Assembly (NCBI GenBank): GCA_051294375.1
Contig: CM119266.1
Location: forward strand, 10,449,789 to 10,513,788
Reading direction: 5' to 3'
DNA from: Paraspadella gotoi
Lineage: Eukaryota; Animalia; Chaetognatha
DNA: 64,000 nt
A program made the translations under genes and the position numbers. Of this stretch, positions 1 through 18,478 are shown piece by piece; position 1 is the first letter of the stretch; every line of letters starts with the position of its first letter. Below the pieces are notes generated by a model. That model searched no databases. It was not told where the DNA came from and saw only the letters and a list, made by a program, of their open reading frames with translations.

Positions 1-474
1 GAAAAGAGAAAATTCGTTTAGCGAACGTGATATAACGTGACAGATCGAACGTCGGACTCTTCAGGTTCTTAATAAAGTATGTCTGTTTGGCGGCAAAAAA
101 TAATTAGTTATAAAATGGCATTTACCTATTAACATCTTTTGTGAATCTTATTTTTTAGTTAAAATAATGGATTGTAACATGGGGACAGAATGGTTTAAAT
201 TTAGATTTTTGTATTTAAATATTTTTGCTGGAGAGCAAAAACACGAAGTTCCACTCTTGTTCAAATCTGTACGCTTTGGATGAAGTAAACGGTTCTTTCT
301 TGCCTTCAAACAGCCCATGTGCAATCGAGTTGCAGGCAACGAATCTTGCAAATCTTATGACGTCCCGAGGATAAAGAGCGCAAATGGAAAGCGTACAATG
401 ACAAATATGCCTTTCCTTTGGCTTCTAAGATTAACTATTTACCCGGAAGGAAATTTCTCCTTTCTTTCATTATT

Positions 475-505
<31 letters not shown>

Positions 506-1657
506 ACTCTCCTTGCTCTCTCTCTCGTCTCTCTCTCTCCATCGCTCGTGTCTCTCTCTCTCCTCTATCCTTTTCCTCAGCTTCTCCGCGCTCCTCCTCT
601 GCGGCTCGAGCACTACGCGCAGTCGTTCGGAACTCCTCTCCTTCTCCTCTCTTCTCGACCTCTACTCCATCCCTCTCTCCGTTCATCCCTCGTCATCCGT
701 CTTCTCTCATCTCTTCACTCCTCCTCTCTCATCCTCACTCTCATCCGCGGTCTCTCTCTCTCTCTCTCTCTCTAAAAGGCCAACGACTCAAAACAGAAAA
801 TGCAAAAAAACGCTATGCCCGTACCCTTCCTCTCATCCGCTCTCGGCGCCCCTCGGTCCCTTTAACTCCCAATATAAAACCAAACGAAAATTCCCAATTT
901 TATATTTTTTTTCCTCTTGTCCTCGCCTTTTTTTTTTGTTGTGTGCGGATTTTCCCTTTTTTTTTCCCGTGTGGACGAAAAAAAGTTTCTCGAGTCCTCT
1001 ATCGAACGCGAGAAACTCGTGTTTTGTGGTCATTCCCAGCGGGCATCGAAAAAAAAACCGCAAAACCAATAAAGCGCCACTAAAACATATTCTTTTTTTC
1101 ATATTTCAGAGAGAAAAAGTGTGGATTTTCTTAAGTCGCAGCGAGCGAACTTTCTAAGAGATGTGTTTTTCCTTAATTTTTTGTATTATTTTCAAAAAGT
1201 TAAAGAAAGAAGACATCATTCTTAGAAAAAAATACTAGCACCTAAACCTTTAAAATCAAATAAAATGACATTTCTAAGAATTGGATGGCGCTTTGTTTAT
1301 AACTAGCCACATAGTTTGTTTATTTTTTTTAAACGTTTTTTTTTTCTTTATTATTTTTTCCGTTTATACTTTTTATAAACCGGAACATAATTCTGACATA
1401 TTTTTGTTTCACAATGTGCACCGGACCTTCAAGTCGGATCAATCGTTGGGAAAAACAAAACAAAGAAAAGAAAAAAACGCAATCAAAGAAAAAGATTTAA
1501 AGAAAAGTGATCCAAGTTTTTGGATGTTTTAAAAAAACGACAAAAACTATTCTTTTTGCAGATAATAAGAAACAAAAAATCTCCCATAACTTTCTCTATT
1601 TGTTTTATAAAACGTTCCCTGCTGACTGAAATGGCTGGAGCTTACAACTTTTTTATG

Positions 1658-1688
<31 letters not shown>

Positions 1689-3689
1689 CTCGTTCTTCTA
1701 CTCTCTTTCTCTTTTCTGCTCATCTTCTCTCTCTCTCCTCTTCTCTCTCTCTCTCTCTCTCTCTCTGCTCTTCTCTCTCCTCTTCAGTGCAGTGCGTGAG
1801 CTGTTAGCCTATGTTAAAAAGGTGGAGGTACTGGTGGTAAAAAAAGAAAGTAAAGAAAAAAAAGGAGTTAAAATGTAAGGTATATGCAAATTGTCCGGGG
1901 CGCAGGGTCGCGCCCCTGCTCGCAGCGGCCGAGGCTGAGGCGCTAGGTCGCTACGGGCGAAAGCTCAAAAACTCCGCAGCCCAGCTGCGGTAACAAGTAC
2001 ATTCAGCCTATTGCATTCGAAACGAAAATGAGAAGAAAAAAAAATGGAATGCGCTCAAGATAGAGAGAAAGAGAGAGAGGAGAGAGAGAGAGAGAGAGGA
2101 AAAGAGAGGAGAGAGAGAGGAGAAGAGAGGAGAGGAGAGAGAGAGAGAAGATTTTAAAATTGTTTAGATTACAAAGGGAAATGTTCAATGTTATCTCTCA
2201 TCTCTCTCTCAAATCATAAAATCAAGTTAAAATGCCCGTTGTGTTGTACATCTCTTCGCCAACGCACTCAGCTCACAGATGCTCGTAAACTCACAAACAC
2301 ACTTAATGTCGTTAAATGTACTGAACGTATATTAGCTCAAGTCCCGAGAATTAATAGTCACACAATTTTCTCCTCTCTTTCCCTAAGTTGATTTTTAAAA
2401 AAAATTTTTCCGAAGTTTTGCCATAACTATTTATTGCTTATCATTAATAGTTGCGTAAATCGGCAAGTTAATGGCTTTGAATACCAATTTAAATCGAATT
2501 AAAAAAACTCGAACCAACTCTTTCTCATTTTAAAAACTCTTTCTATGAGACCTTTTTAAGTTAATTTTGTTTGAAAAAAAAGTCTCTTACAATTTTTTTT
2601 TCTGCCAGCGATGCGTTAAAATTTTTTCCCCCCTTGGAAATATTTGAAGGGCGGTTGAAAAAAAAAAATAAATAAATAAAAAAGAATGGGGACGTCAAAA
2701 AAGCAGATGCACTAAGTCGAGAGGTAATAGCCGTCGGAATACTCTGTAGGATATAAGCAACTTCGAGAGCGAATAAGTGTAACAAAAGTCACCTCGCTTT
2801 TACAGGGCGGAGGGGCAAGCGGACCTTGGACTGCCAAAACACCAGCCAGCTTCTAAGGGCGAGCGGTTGGGAAGAGTCCAAAACCGGCAACCAAATCTTG
2901 GGACAATTGAAAAGAAATGTTCGGGTTATTCTTTCAACAGAACAAATGATAAACAAAAGTAAATAATAGTAATAATGATATAAAATAATAATAATGAATA
3001 CATGATTAATATAAGAATTCATTAGAACAATAACGTAAAACTCGTAATTTCTCTCTTTTTAATTTTTCTCGCTTCGAATCGATCAATGTTTCGGCGCTTT
3101 CGCGCTTGTTTTCTTTTGCCGCCGTCCGATTCTTTTTTTTTTTTTTCATCTGCCTCCGAAAGAGACCGAGCCATCATGAAAGAGGCACGCAGCAGCCTTT
3201 GAGGTATCTTGACGTTTTTTTTCTTTGCAAGCTTACCTTCAGAGATAAAACCGGAAAGCTGTCGGTTCACATCCTGACACCCGATTTTCCTTCGTAGAAC
3301 TTTTTTTGTTGTTGTTCTTTGTAAAATCGCCTCAGTCGTCGACGAGAAAAAGATATTGTGTGTCTTTTGATTTGTTTGTGTTCTGTTGTTTGTTTGTCTT
3401 TTTTTCGCGTCGTTTCAGTAATTAACCGCAATTTTTTGTGTTTCGTTTTGTTTTTGTTTTTTGTTTTTTTCTCAAAATAGTTAATTAGTATAAAGAAGTT
3501 AAAAAGAAGCTTATCCACAAAAAACGAAAGAATAGAATTTCGTTTCACATTTTTTTTTTTTTGAATTTGGCAAACGGGTAGGTTTTCTTTTCTTCTTTTT
3601 TTTTCTTCTTCTCACTTCTTTTGGGTGCCGCCAGCGGGAGGTTGTTGTGTTGTTGGTTTTTATTTTATGTCCTTTGACTTTTTAATGTC

Positions 3690-3690
<1 letters not shown>
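1..3690 (+). repeat. Copy A of a ~3.4-3.7 kb direct duplication (other copy 13161-16545); probably an assembly artefact
   Basis: Colinear match from 'gcgaacgtgatataacgtgacaga' (1-60 vs 13161-13220) to 'ccgccagcgggaggttgttg' (~3630 vs ~16490). Differences are mostly single-base indels. Confidence 0.9.
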
Positions 3691-3720
<30 letters not shown>

Positions 3721-3817
3721 AGAAAAGGAAAGATTGAAAAAAATCAAGAAAGAAACAGAAAATACAATTGAAGTTGGTAATTTTGAACAACAAAGAAATC
3801 CCTGGGCCTTTCTCTCT
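3690..3817 (+). repeat. Short copy of 8830-8980 joined onto duplication copy A just before a 25-N gap
   Basis: 'gattgaaaaaaatcaagaaagaaacagaaaatacaattgaag...aatccctgggcctttctctct' recurs at 8890-8980. Confidence 0.8.
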
Positions 3818-6445
3818 NNNNNNNNNNNNNNNNNNNNNNNNNCGAGAGAGAGAGAAGAGAGAGAGAGAGAGAAGAGAGAAGAGAGAGGCTTATTTTTCCC
3901 AAGGCGTAAAAGAAATCATTCGTCGGAAAAATGCGTCTTTGGATTTGTCGTATTCAAGAATAAAGTTGTAAGAAGTTTGAAAATTTACATTGGCAAATCA
4001 ACTCAGAAATGTCAAATGTAGAGACCTATAAGACAACAACGAGTGTGGAGATATTCCTTAAGAATGAAATTTCACCATGTAGTATCCTTTCGTCGATAAT
4101 CTTGATGATAGCTTTAGCAACCAAATATCAAGCCTTTTAGTTACCTGCAGGAATGTCAGGTGGAGTTCGGCATAGGGCGAAGCTAACCGTATGGCAGAGA
4201 CGCGAGTAATTCAGTGAAGAACAAACAGAAAGAAACCAAAAATCGCAGTCTTATCCACATATTAGGTACTTACATAGTAAGTGCAAAATAACCTTTTATT
4301 AAAATAAGATTATTTTTTCTTTTTTCCGCCAACGACAATGCGATTATCAATCGAAACGACCGAGAAAAAAAAAGGTCAATTCAGCTCCATAGGAGGTGGG
4401 CGTGGCGGGAGGGTATGAAGGCGAATCGGCCAATCGGGTTGAGGAACGTTTGATATGTCCAATGTTCCACGGTTGAATCATATCATGAACCAGATAGACG
4501 AAGTTTAAGTTTCCTTTTATTAATGATAATGACTATAACTATTTTTACCCATGAATTCTTAAATGGTAACATAACATCAATAATAATTTATATCCAACAT
4601 AGAAAAATAGACGGACTCGTCGCGAGCCTAGACCTCGGATGCTTTCGAGTCCAAAAAGGCATCAGCCCTTTGAACAATCACGCCACGGAAGACGAATGTA
4701 GGCGAGAGGAGGCGCGAAAAGTTTCGAACGCGAGTCGGTACCGTTCAGCGCAGTCATGCCCTTATATCTCGAGAGGTCTTTGACGTCGAAGTCTTTGTCG
4801 TCGTCGTCGTCGTCGTCGTTTGTCGCCGTCGAAGCCGTGTGATTCTGGGCTTTGACGCCCGTGACGATTTCATTTCGGGCGATTTTCTTGCTATTTTGCA
4901 ATAAAAGGAATTTAGACTTTGTTTCGAATAATTGCCGGGGTGAGAGAGAGAAGAGAGCAGAGAGAGAGAGAGAGAGAGAGAGAGTGAGAGAGAGAAGAGA
5001 GAGAGATGCAATGAAGTAAGAAAAGAAAGAAAAGAAAGGAAAGAAAAGAAAGAAAGAAAGAAAGAAACTAAATATGCTTCAAATTAACCATCTCACAGCC
5101 AAACAGATCAATCGACATCACAGTCAATCAAAATCAATCAATCAATGCAAATACAATCAAATCAATAAATAACAAACTTAAAATCTCTCTCTCTCTCTCA
5201 CTCTCTCTCTCTTCTCTCTCTTCTCATCTCTCTCTCTCTCTCTCTCTCCATCCTCTCTCTCTCCTCTCTCCTCCTCCTTTGGGTGAGATAAACCGAATCA
5301 CCTCAAAGGACATTTCTGGGTTTTCCTCAAAATCGTCTCACGATACGTCTCAATGTCGTCGTCTTTGTCGTGTCGTCCTTTTTTTGCGTCGTCGTCTTTG
5401 TCGCTGTTTGTTCCAATGTCGTCTGTGTCGTGTCATCGTCGTCGTCATCCGTCGTTGTTTTGTTCTCATCGTATCTTCGTCATTGTCGTGCTACTGCCTT
5501 CTTTCCTTGAACATCCTCCAGCTTGATAAATGAGGTGTTAAACTATTTCTTGTCAGCAATTTTTGTCTATTCTATACTTTTGTCATTAGTCCGTGGTTGT
5601 CATCGTATTCTCTTATGTTGACATTGCTTCAGCCTTTATCCTCGTATTCGTCGTCGTTTTTATCGTCTTCATGGTCGTCGTCGTCTTTCATACGTCGTCC
5701 AGCGCGTCGTCGTCCTCATTCGTCGTTTGAAAGAGGACTTCTTTGTTGGAAACCGGAGTCACTGCCGCCTCTGTCTGACGCAAGCGAGGACCGCTTCAAA
5801 GCGCCAGAGAAAATGGAAGGCGGTTTGAAGAGGAAGGAGGGAGGAGGGGAGGGGAGAAGGAGAGGGAAGGAGAAGGAGAAGGAGAGGGGAAGGAGAGGAA
5901 AGGAGAGGGGGAGGGAGGAGAAAAGTAAATGGGGAGGGAGGCGAGGAGAAGGAGAGGGGAGGGAGGAGGAGAAGGAGAGGGGATGGGAGGAGGAGAAGGA
6001 GAGGGGAGATCGGGGGAATGGAGGAAAGGGGACGTCGAATAGAAGGTAGAAGGTGGAAGGTGAAGGTGGCGGGGAAGGGAAGGGGGAATGAATGGAAAAA
6101 AGGGGAAGAAAAAGGAAAAGAAATGACTGGATGGAATCGGTAAGGGTTGGTACAGGGTTGGGTAGAGGGTAGAGAATAGAACGAAGACTGAAGAGTTGTT
6201 AAGGGTGGGGAGCTAATCCGTGGCGGCAAAGAAGAAACTGGATGTAAAGGATTCCCTTCTTTCTCGTGAATTTCTCAAAAAACGACAAAGACATCCACGA
6301 AAGAACTCACAAACCAAGGAGCTGCCTCATATTCACGGTTGACAGCTCATCCAGCCACATTAGCTGGGCGCCACAACGACGGACATTAGCATCCGGATTT
6401 CGCAAACCCAACGAGCAGGCATCTTCGGAATCCGTGAGGTCGAGT

Positions 6446-6448
<3 letters not shown>

Positions 6449-6500
<52 letters not shown>

Positions 6501-6526
6501 AGAGAAAGAGAGAGAGAGAGAGAGAG

Positions 6527-6558
<32 letters not shown>

Positions 6559-6562
6559 CGAG

Positions 6563-6647
<85 letters not shown>

Positions 6648-6694
6648 AAAGAGAGAGAGAGAGAGAGAGAAAGAGAAAGAGAGAGAGAGAGAGA
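6449..6694. repeat. (GA)n microsatellite, representative of dozens of GA/TC tracts in 1-43100
   Basis: Seen directly; source of the poly-ER/SL pseudo-ORFs. Confidence 0.95.
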
Positions 6695-7850
6695 GTGTGT
6701 TTCGCCTACGAAACCATCTCCGTGTCTCGTTTCACGCTTCGACAAGTTTCCCCAATTAAACTTTCCATATTATTTGCATTTGTATGGCAAAACAGCCAAA
6801 AACTTTTTTGACGCGAAAGAATTGTTTCATTCACATTCTAAATGGAAAATGTTTTTTGTACTTTATTTATTTATTATTCTGAACATTCAGCAGAATTTAA
6901 CAACCGGCCGGCGCGGAGACTGCAAGCGAATTATATTTGATAAAATCAGCGGAACGGGCCGAGTGCGTGGATTTTGAAACAAAAACAAAAACGAACTGAC
7001 GAATAGATATCGAGTGTGAATTGATAAATTAGTTTAAAAAGCCCAATATTTTACTCACAGTGGTTGATTGATTCCGGGCGAGTTGAAACGGGACCTGTGT
7101 TACCTCTTGTCATTAAAATCACCAATAATTAATTTTAATTGTCCCTATCATTATCGACGACGTTGCGGTTTTGGGTCAATTTGCGTAAAAGAAAGATCAC
7201 AATGAAATCCCTACTCGAGCGATACAATTTGGATCGAAACTTGGGAGGACCGAATAAAAAGCGAGAAAACGGCTCGGCGTGGCCCCCGTTTTGCGTGAAA
7301 AAAAAGGGGAAAAAAAAAAAGCGAATGGCAAAGAGAGGCAAGGAATGGCAAAGAAGTCAGAGATGCGGTGGCGGGGTTAACATTCGACGCTCAATCGAAC
7401 CCTATCGAACGTTTAAGGATGAGCGAAGAGGGAGTGGAGTGGAATAACACGGAACATTTAATCCGAGCGGGGCCTTTAGGCACTAAGCTAGGCTTTTAAA
7501 AGCGAACTTATATAAATAACTCAGATATTGAATTCCGGTAATAACGACTAAAACTTATGTAAAAGGTAAACAGTTTGAAAGAGAGATGAGAGAAGAGAAG
7601 AGAGAAGAGATATATTTCTTCGCTCATTCTTTTTCTCCTCTCTCCTCTCGTCTATTTATCTAATGTCTAGAAAATTATCTTTTTCATTATATATACTATC
7701 ATATACTTTTCTATTTCATCTTTTCTTTTTCAGGGAAAGGTCACTTCTCGATCTCCCCTTAGTCAGACCGTTGACGTCTTCGGTCTTCACTCTCCAGTCC
7801 GAGGGGTGACCGTTTGAAAAAAGCCAACGTTCTGCACCCAATCATTACTG

Positions 7851-7893
<43 letters not shown>

Positions 7894-7900
7894 ACTCTCT

Positions 7901-7935
<35 letters not shown>

Positions 7936-8069
7936 CCGTTGTTCGCTAACTCAAAAGTTACCCCAAATGGTTTTCTCCCGCCCGGCCATTATACTTTCCC
8001 TTTTACATCCATTAACGACATTTTCCTTTTTTTCTAAAAAAAACTCACTTCTACGATCAACATACACGG

Positions 8070-8156
8070 TAACATAACATAACATAACATAACAATAACA
8101 TAACATACATTAACATAACATACATAACATGAACATAAACCATAACATAACATCAA
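8070..8156. repeat. (ACATA)n pentanucleotide microsatellite
   Basis: taacataacataacataacata... Confidence 0.9.
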
Positions 8157-8599
8157 CAGTAAGGTTCCCTCATATATTTGATTATGTATCATGGTATCAT
8201 GTTATCACGTCTCATGTAACTAATTATTTTAGCTATTTTTGCTTTTTAGAGTTTGTTTTAATTTTTCATTTAGTTAATGAATAGAGATTTTTATTGGCAC
8301 AGCGCGTATATTAAATAGTAAATAAATATGATATTTAAACAAATATCGAACCCGACGAGATTCGGCCAGTTTTCCTTGGCAAAGTTTCCGACATTCCCCA
8401 ACTCAGTGGGTCACCATCTCCCGGTCTCAGTTTCCACTTTCCAATAAAACGTCGGAGGGATCAGAGGAGGGGGGGGTAAATGGTGAGGAAAAGGAGAAGG
8501 GAGTTTCTTCCTTCCTTATTCTCCTCGCGCATGTCTCAAATTGAAATTCAGAGTCACGTGACGCGTCTCGCCTCATTGCGCGCTTATCGTTGAAGACGC

Positions 8600-8640
<41 letters not shown>

Positions 8641-9059
8641 GAGAGAGGAGAGGAGAGAGAGAGAGAGAGACAGTGTGGGCGCGCACGATCCGGAGAAAGA
8701 GCGCATGCATCGCCTAGATGGGCGTGGTGCGCGTGCGCGAGGGAGATGAGGCGCGAAATGTTTGCAAAACGACTTGAGAAGGGTGAGAGAATAGAGAATG
8801 GAAACGACAGAGAAGAGAGAAAGAAGAAAGAAAGAAAAGAAAGAAAGAAAGAAGAAAGTAAAGAAAGAAAGAAAGAAAAGAAGAAAAGGAAGATTGAAAA
8901 AATCAGAAAGAAAACAGAAAAATACAATTGAAAGTTTGGTATTTTGAACAACAAAAGAAATCCCTGGGCCTTTCTCTCTTACTCCTCTCCTCTCTCTCTC
9001 GTCTCTCTCTCTCTCTCTCTCCTCTCCTGCACTTTCTGGTCTCATCTCCTCTCTCTCTC

Positions 9060-9091
<32 letters not shown>

Positions 9092-10016
9092 GGCATACGC
9101 CGCACTTCGGACATTTCCACATTTGCATCTAGAGTTTCTCAGTAGACGCACACAGCGCTGCAGCTGGGACCCTGAATGCTTTCGAGAAAGAAATACAATT
9201 TTTCAGTTTAAGAAAAAAAAAATGAGAGCGAAGGAAGACAGATTAAAAAAAGCTGAACTAAAAAGTAGGAAGAATACTATTTACTAAATAAGCCTAAAAA
9301 GCCTAGAAAGTTGGAGAAAAGGTGATGCCGATACAAGTGAGACATGAGAAGATGATAATATTAATATAGAGAAATCAAAAATATGAGAGCGAAGAGAGTT
9401 AAAGTTATAATTATCCTTTTCTTTTAACGTTTGACGTTTGACGAGAGGCGATCCATGGCACCTGTCGAAGATAGGTGGCGATAGGATCGAAAACAGATGT
9501 CAAAGTTCAAACGAAATCCCTAACAATGTAGAAATAAAGTATCGGAATATCCTTACAGTTCTGAACTGTTTACGATGTTTGGAATGCAAATTATTTCTCA
9601 TCAATCATACATTCGATTAATTCTTGGAGACTAAGCAATTTTAAATCTATAATGTAATTTTTGATCGATGTGCTCAATTGGATATTATAACAGCATTTTA
9701 TCTTATTATAATACCTAATTTTATGCACAAAGTTCGGATTTAATAATTGGATATTTTCCCAGGTTGACACCGTTTCTCTCTCTCTCTCTCTTTCTCTCTC
9801 TCTNNNNNNNNNNNNNNNNNNNNNNNNNNNNNNNNNNNNNNNNNNNNNNNNNNNNNNNNNNNNNNNNNNNNNNNNNNNNNNNNNNNNNNNNNNNNNNNNN
9901 NNNNNNNNNNNNNNNNNNNNNNNNNNNNNNNNNNNNNNNNNNNNNNNNNNNNNNNNNNNNNNNNNNNNNNNNNNNNNNNNNNNNNNNNNNNNNNNNNNNN
10001 NNNNNNNNNNNNNNNN

Positions 10017-10049
<33 letters not shown>

Positions 10050-11531
10050 GAGACAGCTAGAAAGAAAGAGAGAGGGAGAAAAATAGCGAGAGACAGAGTG
10101 AAATAAAGTGTCTTTCCTTTTTTTTTTACGTTTCTTTTTTTCCTAATTCCTACTTTCCTGTTGTCGTTCTTGTGTCCTTTCCTTTATCTTTGTCTATTTT
10201 TTCGTTTATTTCTTCCTTTCATTGTTTTTTTTTCTTTCTTTCTTTCAATCTTTCATTAATCCATTCTTTTCTTCCCATCTCTCCGTCTTTCTTCTCCCTC
10301 ATTCTTTCATTCTTCCCTAATTCCATCCCTCGTTCCAAACGAAATGATTCATCGCCGCCGAAGTCTCTAATGAATTTTTTTTTTCCCGTCGGCGTCGAAG
10401 CCAAATTGTTGGTCAAAGAGGAAAAAGAGAGAAAGAAAGAAAGAAATAAAATGAAAAAAAAAATTCATATAAAAAATTATAAAATCCTTTTTTTTTTTAA
10501 AAGGAACAATTGCTAGCGAAAACGAGGAAGAGGACAAAGACGACGACCGTCTCGAGTTTTCAAAGAATTTAAAAAATAAAAAAGAATATTTCATTTATAA
10601 CTAAATTAGGTTACCTCTCCGGGACCTGTCCTTGTCAAGGTTTTATATAAATGGCGGACCATGGCTGAATACAATTATACATACTGTGAAAATCACATCA
10701 TTTATCCTTGTAAATCATTAAGACTTAGGGTAATGGTTGTATAATGAATGAACAATTTTTATATCGGTTGTACCAATTTCATATAATATTAGACCAGTCA
10801 AAAACGACAGTTCCGATGAAGCTTGTTGTTTGTGAACATTAATCACCCGACAATGATCTCAATCACTGTACTAATTGCAGCAACTTGACAATGAAGCCGA
10901 CGTCACGGCCGGAAGGAAATCGCCGCGTCAACTCGAATCGGCGGCGTCAAAACGAGCGCTGCGACGTTCTTCGTCGCAGCTGCCGCCGCGGCTGCTGTTG
11001 TTTTAGACGTTGTTATCGTTGTTGAACCTTTCATTCATCATTATTTATTTTCATTTCGTTATAAATATATAAAAACAAACCTTGGGAAATTTCAATTAGT
11101 GCTTACCGTCGAAAAAGCGCCAAATTTGGTTCCGCCTGAGATTTGGGACCAGAACCTTAGGTTTGCCGACCTTGCTCCGTGCCCGCAGACCCGGGGAGCA
11201 AATAGCTCTGCGCCGCGGACCCGGGGAGAGAGAGATCTGCGGGCGCGACAATAAGTATTCTAGATTATTCTTGCTGATCTCGCATCAACGGCAGAATTCC
11301 TTCCATGCAATCTTGCCAACGTCACCAAAGAGACTCTTATGCAACGCTGGCAATTTCGACGAGGCAGGGACATAAGGAAACGGGGAGGGAAGACAATAAT
11401 AACAACAACAACAACAACGGTCGAGGAGGATATATTGATCGTTTCTTTGTTGGTTTACCCGGATGTAGTGTGTGTGTGTGTGTGTGTATGTGTGTAGTGG
11501 GTGTTAGTATGTTAGTAGTGCTGGTTTTGTG

Positions 11532-11579
<48 letters not shown>

Positions 11580-11592
11580 AGAGAGAGAGAGA

Positions 11593-11624
<32 letters not shown>

Positions 11625-11830
11625 GAGAGAATATACGGAACATATGGCGCAATGGATCGAGGCGACAAATAATAAGGAGATCAGTATAGACTGAGGGGTG
11701 AATGGATTGGACGGTTGGACGGATGGAATGGATGGGGCGGCAATGTGTCGGAAGCGAGACCTGGTGGTCAAAGGAATTAAAAACGAGACGCAAAAAAAAA
11801 AAATGACAGCACGGAGCGATACAATAGAGA

Positions 11831-11916
<86 letters not shown>

Positions 11917-11989
11917 TATCTCAATCGGCTTTTTTTTCCGAGGAGCAAGCAACTAGGCGCGAGAGATTAAGGAAAGCAGCTTGGCAAGA

Positions 11990-12059
<70 letters not shown>

Positions 12060-12205
12060 AGAGAGAGAGAGAGAGAATGAGAGAAGAGAGAGAGAGAGGA
12101 ATTCTGTGTCGTATTTTTGGCAAACGGTTGGCGACTAGTTTTGGCTCGAGGCTTCCGCTTCGGCGACGACGTCGGGAATCCCAAAACCCGGGACGAGCAA
12201 AAGAC

Positions 12206-12237
<32 letters not shown>

Positions 12238-13029
12238 TGGAATATCATAAGGGTCAGACGACACCGAATTAAACACCTTCGACCGCAACGTTTGAAGGTT
12301 GAGAATAAAAAGAGAAATTGTTGCGAATGGCCATTAAAAAAAACGATGTCCGATTAATAATAAAATCGGAAAAGAGAGCTTGTTAAAAATCTATAAAAAA
12401 AAATATCTGCAATCATTAATCTTTATCCTTTGCCTTCGGCGAAATCGTTTTAATTTTTCTAAACTTTTGTATTCAGGTTGTCAAGAGATTCGATTGGTGG
12501 GATGAAGTTTGAAGGAGGAAACGCTAACAATAAAAGCCAAAAGCTGACAGGAGTTGAAGTGAGATTAAATGTTTCTCTGATGAAAAGATTCAACCACAGT
12601 TTCGAAAATTTAGACACGGTTTGAGAAACAGCTTGATGTTAATTCTTAATCTTAACTATGTAACTGCAGTATTGGTGCGTCGGTTACACGATGTACCCAC
12701 ACATTACCCACACCATTACCCACGGTCCGTTAGTCGTTACGCCACAGCCACCGTATTGACCAGCGACCACCGCCCACGCCTAGGGATGTCGACGACGCTT
12801 AACTCAAGTCCGCCCTCGCTCCGAAGTCGCCGACTCCGTATCGATCTTTTCTCGGAGAATTAATTGTCCAACGTCGATGGTTTGTGCTTCGTCCCGAAGT
12901 CCGTTCGTCCTTTCGTCCCTCTGTTTGTCCGTGACTCAACTGGAGACGCATTTGTTTTTGTTTTTTTTTGTTTTTTTTTCTTTTTCGGAACGTCGAAGGT
13001 TTTAACCTACTTCTAGACTCGATTCTACG

Positions 13030-16545
<3,516 letters not shown>

Positions 16546-17360
16546 TCGTCGTCTTTGTTCCTTGTCTTCGTCCTCTTCGTCGTTTATGTCGTCGTCGTCG
16601 TCGTCGTATTTCCGGTCCGCAGACTCGAAGGATATGGTGAGGAGTCGCCCTTGGGAGCGGAGGAAGCGAAGGCGCAGAGGGAGGTTCACATGTCGTCGTC
16701 GTCGTCGTCAGGGCGATCCGCGCGGAACGGGCGACGGTTGCGGGGGCGGGTTGGCGGGCGGCGCCGGAACAGGCGTCGCGAAGGGTAGGATCGGGGCGAG
16801 GGCGGCGGCGGCGGCGTCGGCGGCGGCTGCGGGAGAAGGAGGTGAGGCGTCGCCCCGGCGACGCGGGAGCGGGCGGGCGGGAGTCGAGGCGGGCGAGGCG
16901 GGCGAGGTAGAACGAAGTGGGCGTGGCCGGCGGAGGCGGAGGCGGAAGCGAAGAACCCGTGGAGGAAAAGACAACGCGTTCTTCTTCGTCATCGTCGCCG
17001 TCGACGTCATCATCCATCGGAAAAGTTTTGAAGAATCACTGTGCGAGAAAAGGGAGAGAGATTGATTTATTGATTGATTGATTGGCGAAGCAAGTAAGCA
17101 AGGTTAATTGATTTTATTCGTAGAAATAAACACTGGTTATTGAATTGATTGATTGATTGATTGAATAAGAAATATAGAAATTCCGAAATAATGTGTGAGA
17201 AAACATTACAGATTAGGTTGNNNNNNNNNNNNNNNNNNNNNNNNNNNNNNNNNNNNNNNNNNNNNNNNNNNNNNNNNNNNNNNNNNNNNNNNNNNNNNNN
17301 NNNNNNNNNNNNNNNNNNNNNNNNNNNNNNNNNNNNNNGTAATGAATCTCTCTCTCTTCC

Positions 17361-17434
<74 letters not shown>

Positions 17435-18443
17435 CTCTCTCTCCTCTCTCCCTTCCTAGACATCGCACTTTTCATTACTGTTAGCTGATGATTCATTTTC
17501 CCCGACGACAAAAAAAAAAAAAAAAATTACAAATAAGAGAGGAACCGCGAAAAAAACACAACCACCGGAGAAAAAGTAAAACACGAATGGGAAAATGGCA
17601 AGAAGAAGAAGAAGCAGAGATTAGGAAGGTAATAAGAAGAAGAAAGAAGAAGAAGTGACGTTATTGTAAAATAAAAAAAAAACTATGAAGAGGAACTCGA
17701 GTTCCTCATGTTACAAGGAGACTTCATTAGCGTCGATGGAGAAGAGAGAGAGAGAGATGAGAGAAGGAGAGAAAAGAGGAGAAGAGAGGAAAGAGAGAGA
17801 GATCTGCCCAGGATCAAGCCAAGGAAGCTCGTTTTCGCCATAAGTTTATGGGTTCTAAGTTGTTTTTTTTATGTATATATTAAAAGACTAGTAAATGCAA
17901 TATTTATTATTCTTATCACGAATCAATGTTTAGAGTGAGTAATTTTTTTATATTTTGTTCGTCCTGCCACGATAGTTTTTCAAATTATAATTTATAATTA
18001 TAAATAATAACTGGCAATTGGAAATTGGGTAATTTTTATTATTATTTACAATGACAAAAATGGCGTAGAATGCAAAAAAGTTGGGATTTGCTAATCGTCG
18101 CGTTGCGCAACTCGGGACGAGAATGCGGAGAATTTTGAGTCTCGACTCCGCTCCAGATTGAAACGACAACAACAACGACGACGATGATAACGAAAGAACA
18201 ACAACGACCATCTTTTTTTTTTCTTTTTTTTGTCTCTTCTCTTCTCCGTCTCTCTTCATCATCTCCTTCGCTTCTCTCTTCTCATTCTCTCTTTNNNNNN
18301 NNNNNNNNNNNNNNNNNNNNNNNNNNNNNNNNNNNNNNNNNNNNNNNNNNNNNNNNNNNNNNNNNNNNNNNNNNNNNNNNNNNNNNNNNNNNNNNNNNNN
18401 NNNNNNNNNNNNNNNNNNNNNNNNNNNNNNNNNNNNNNNNNNN

Positions 18444-18478
<35 letters not shown>
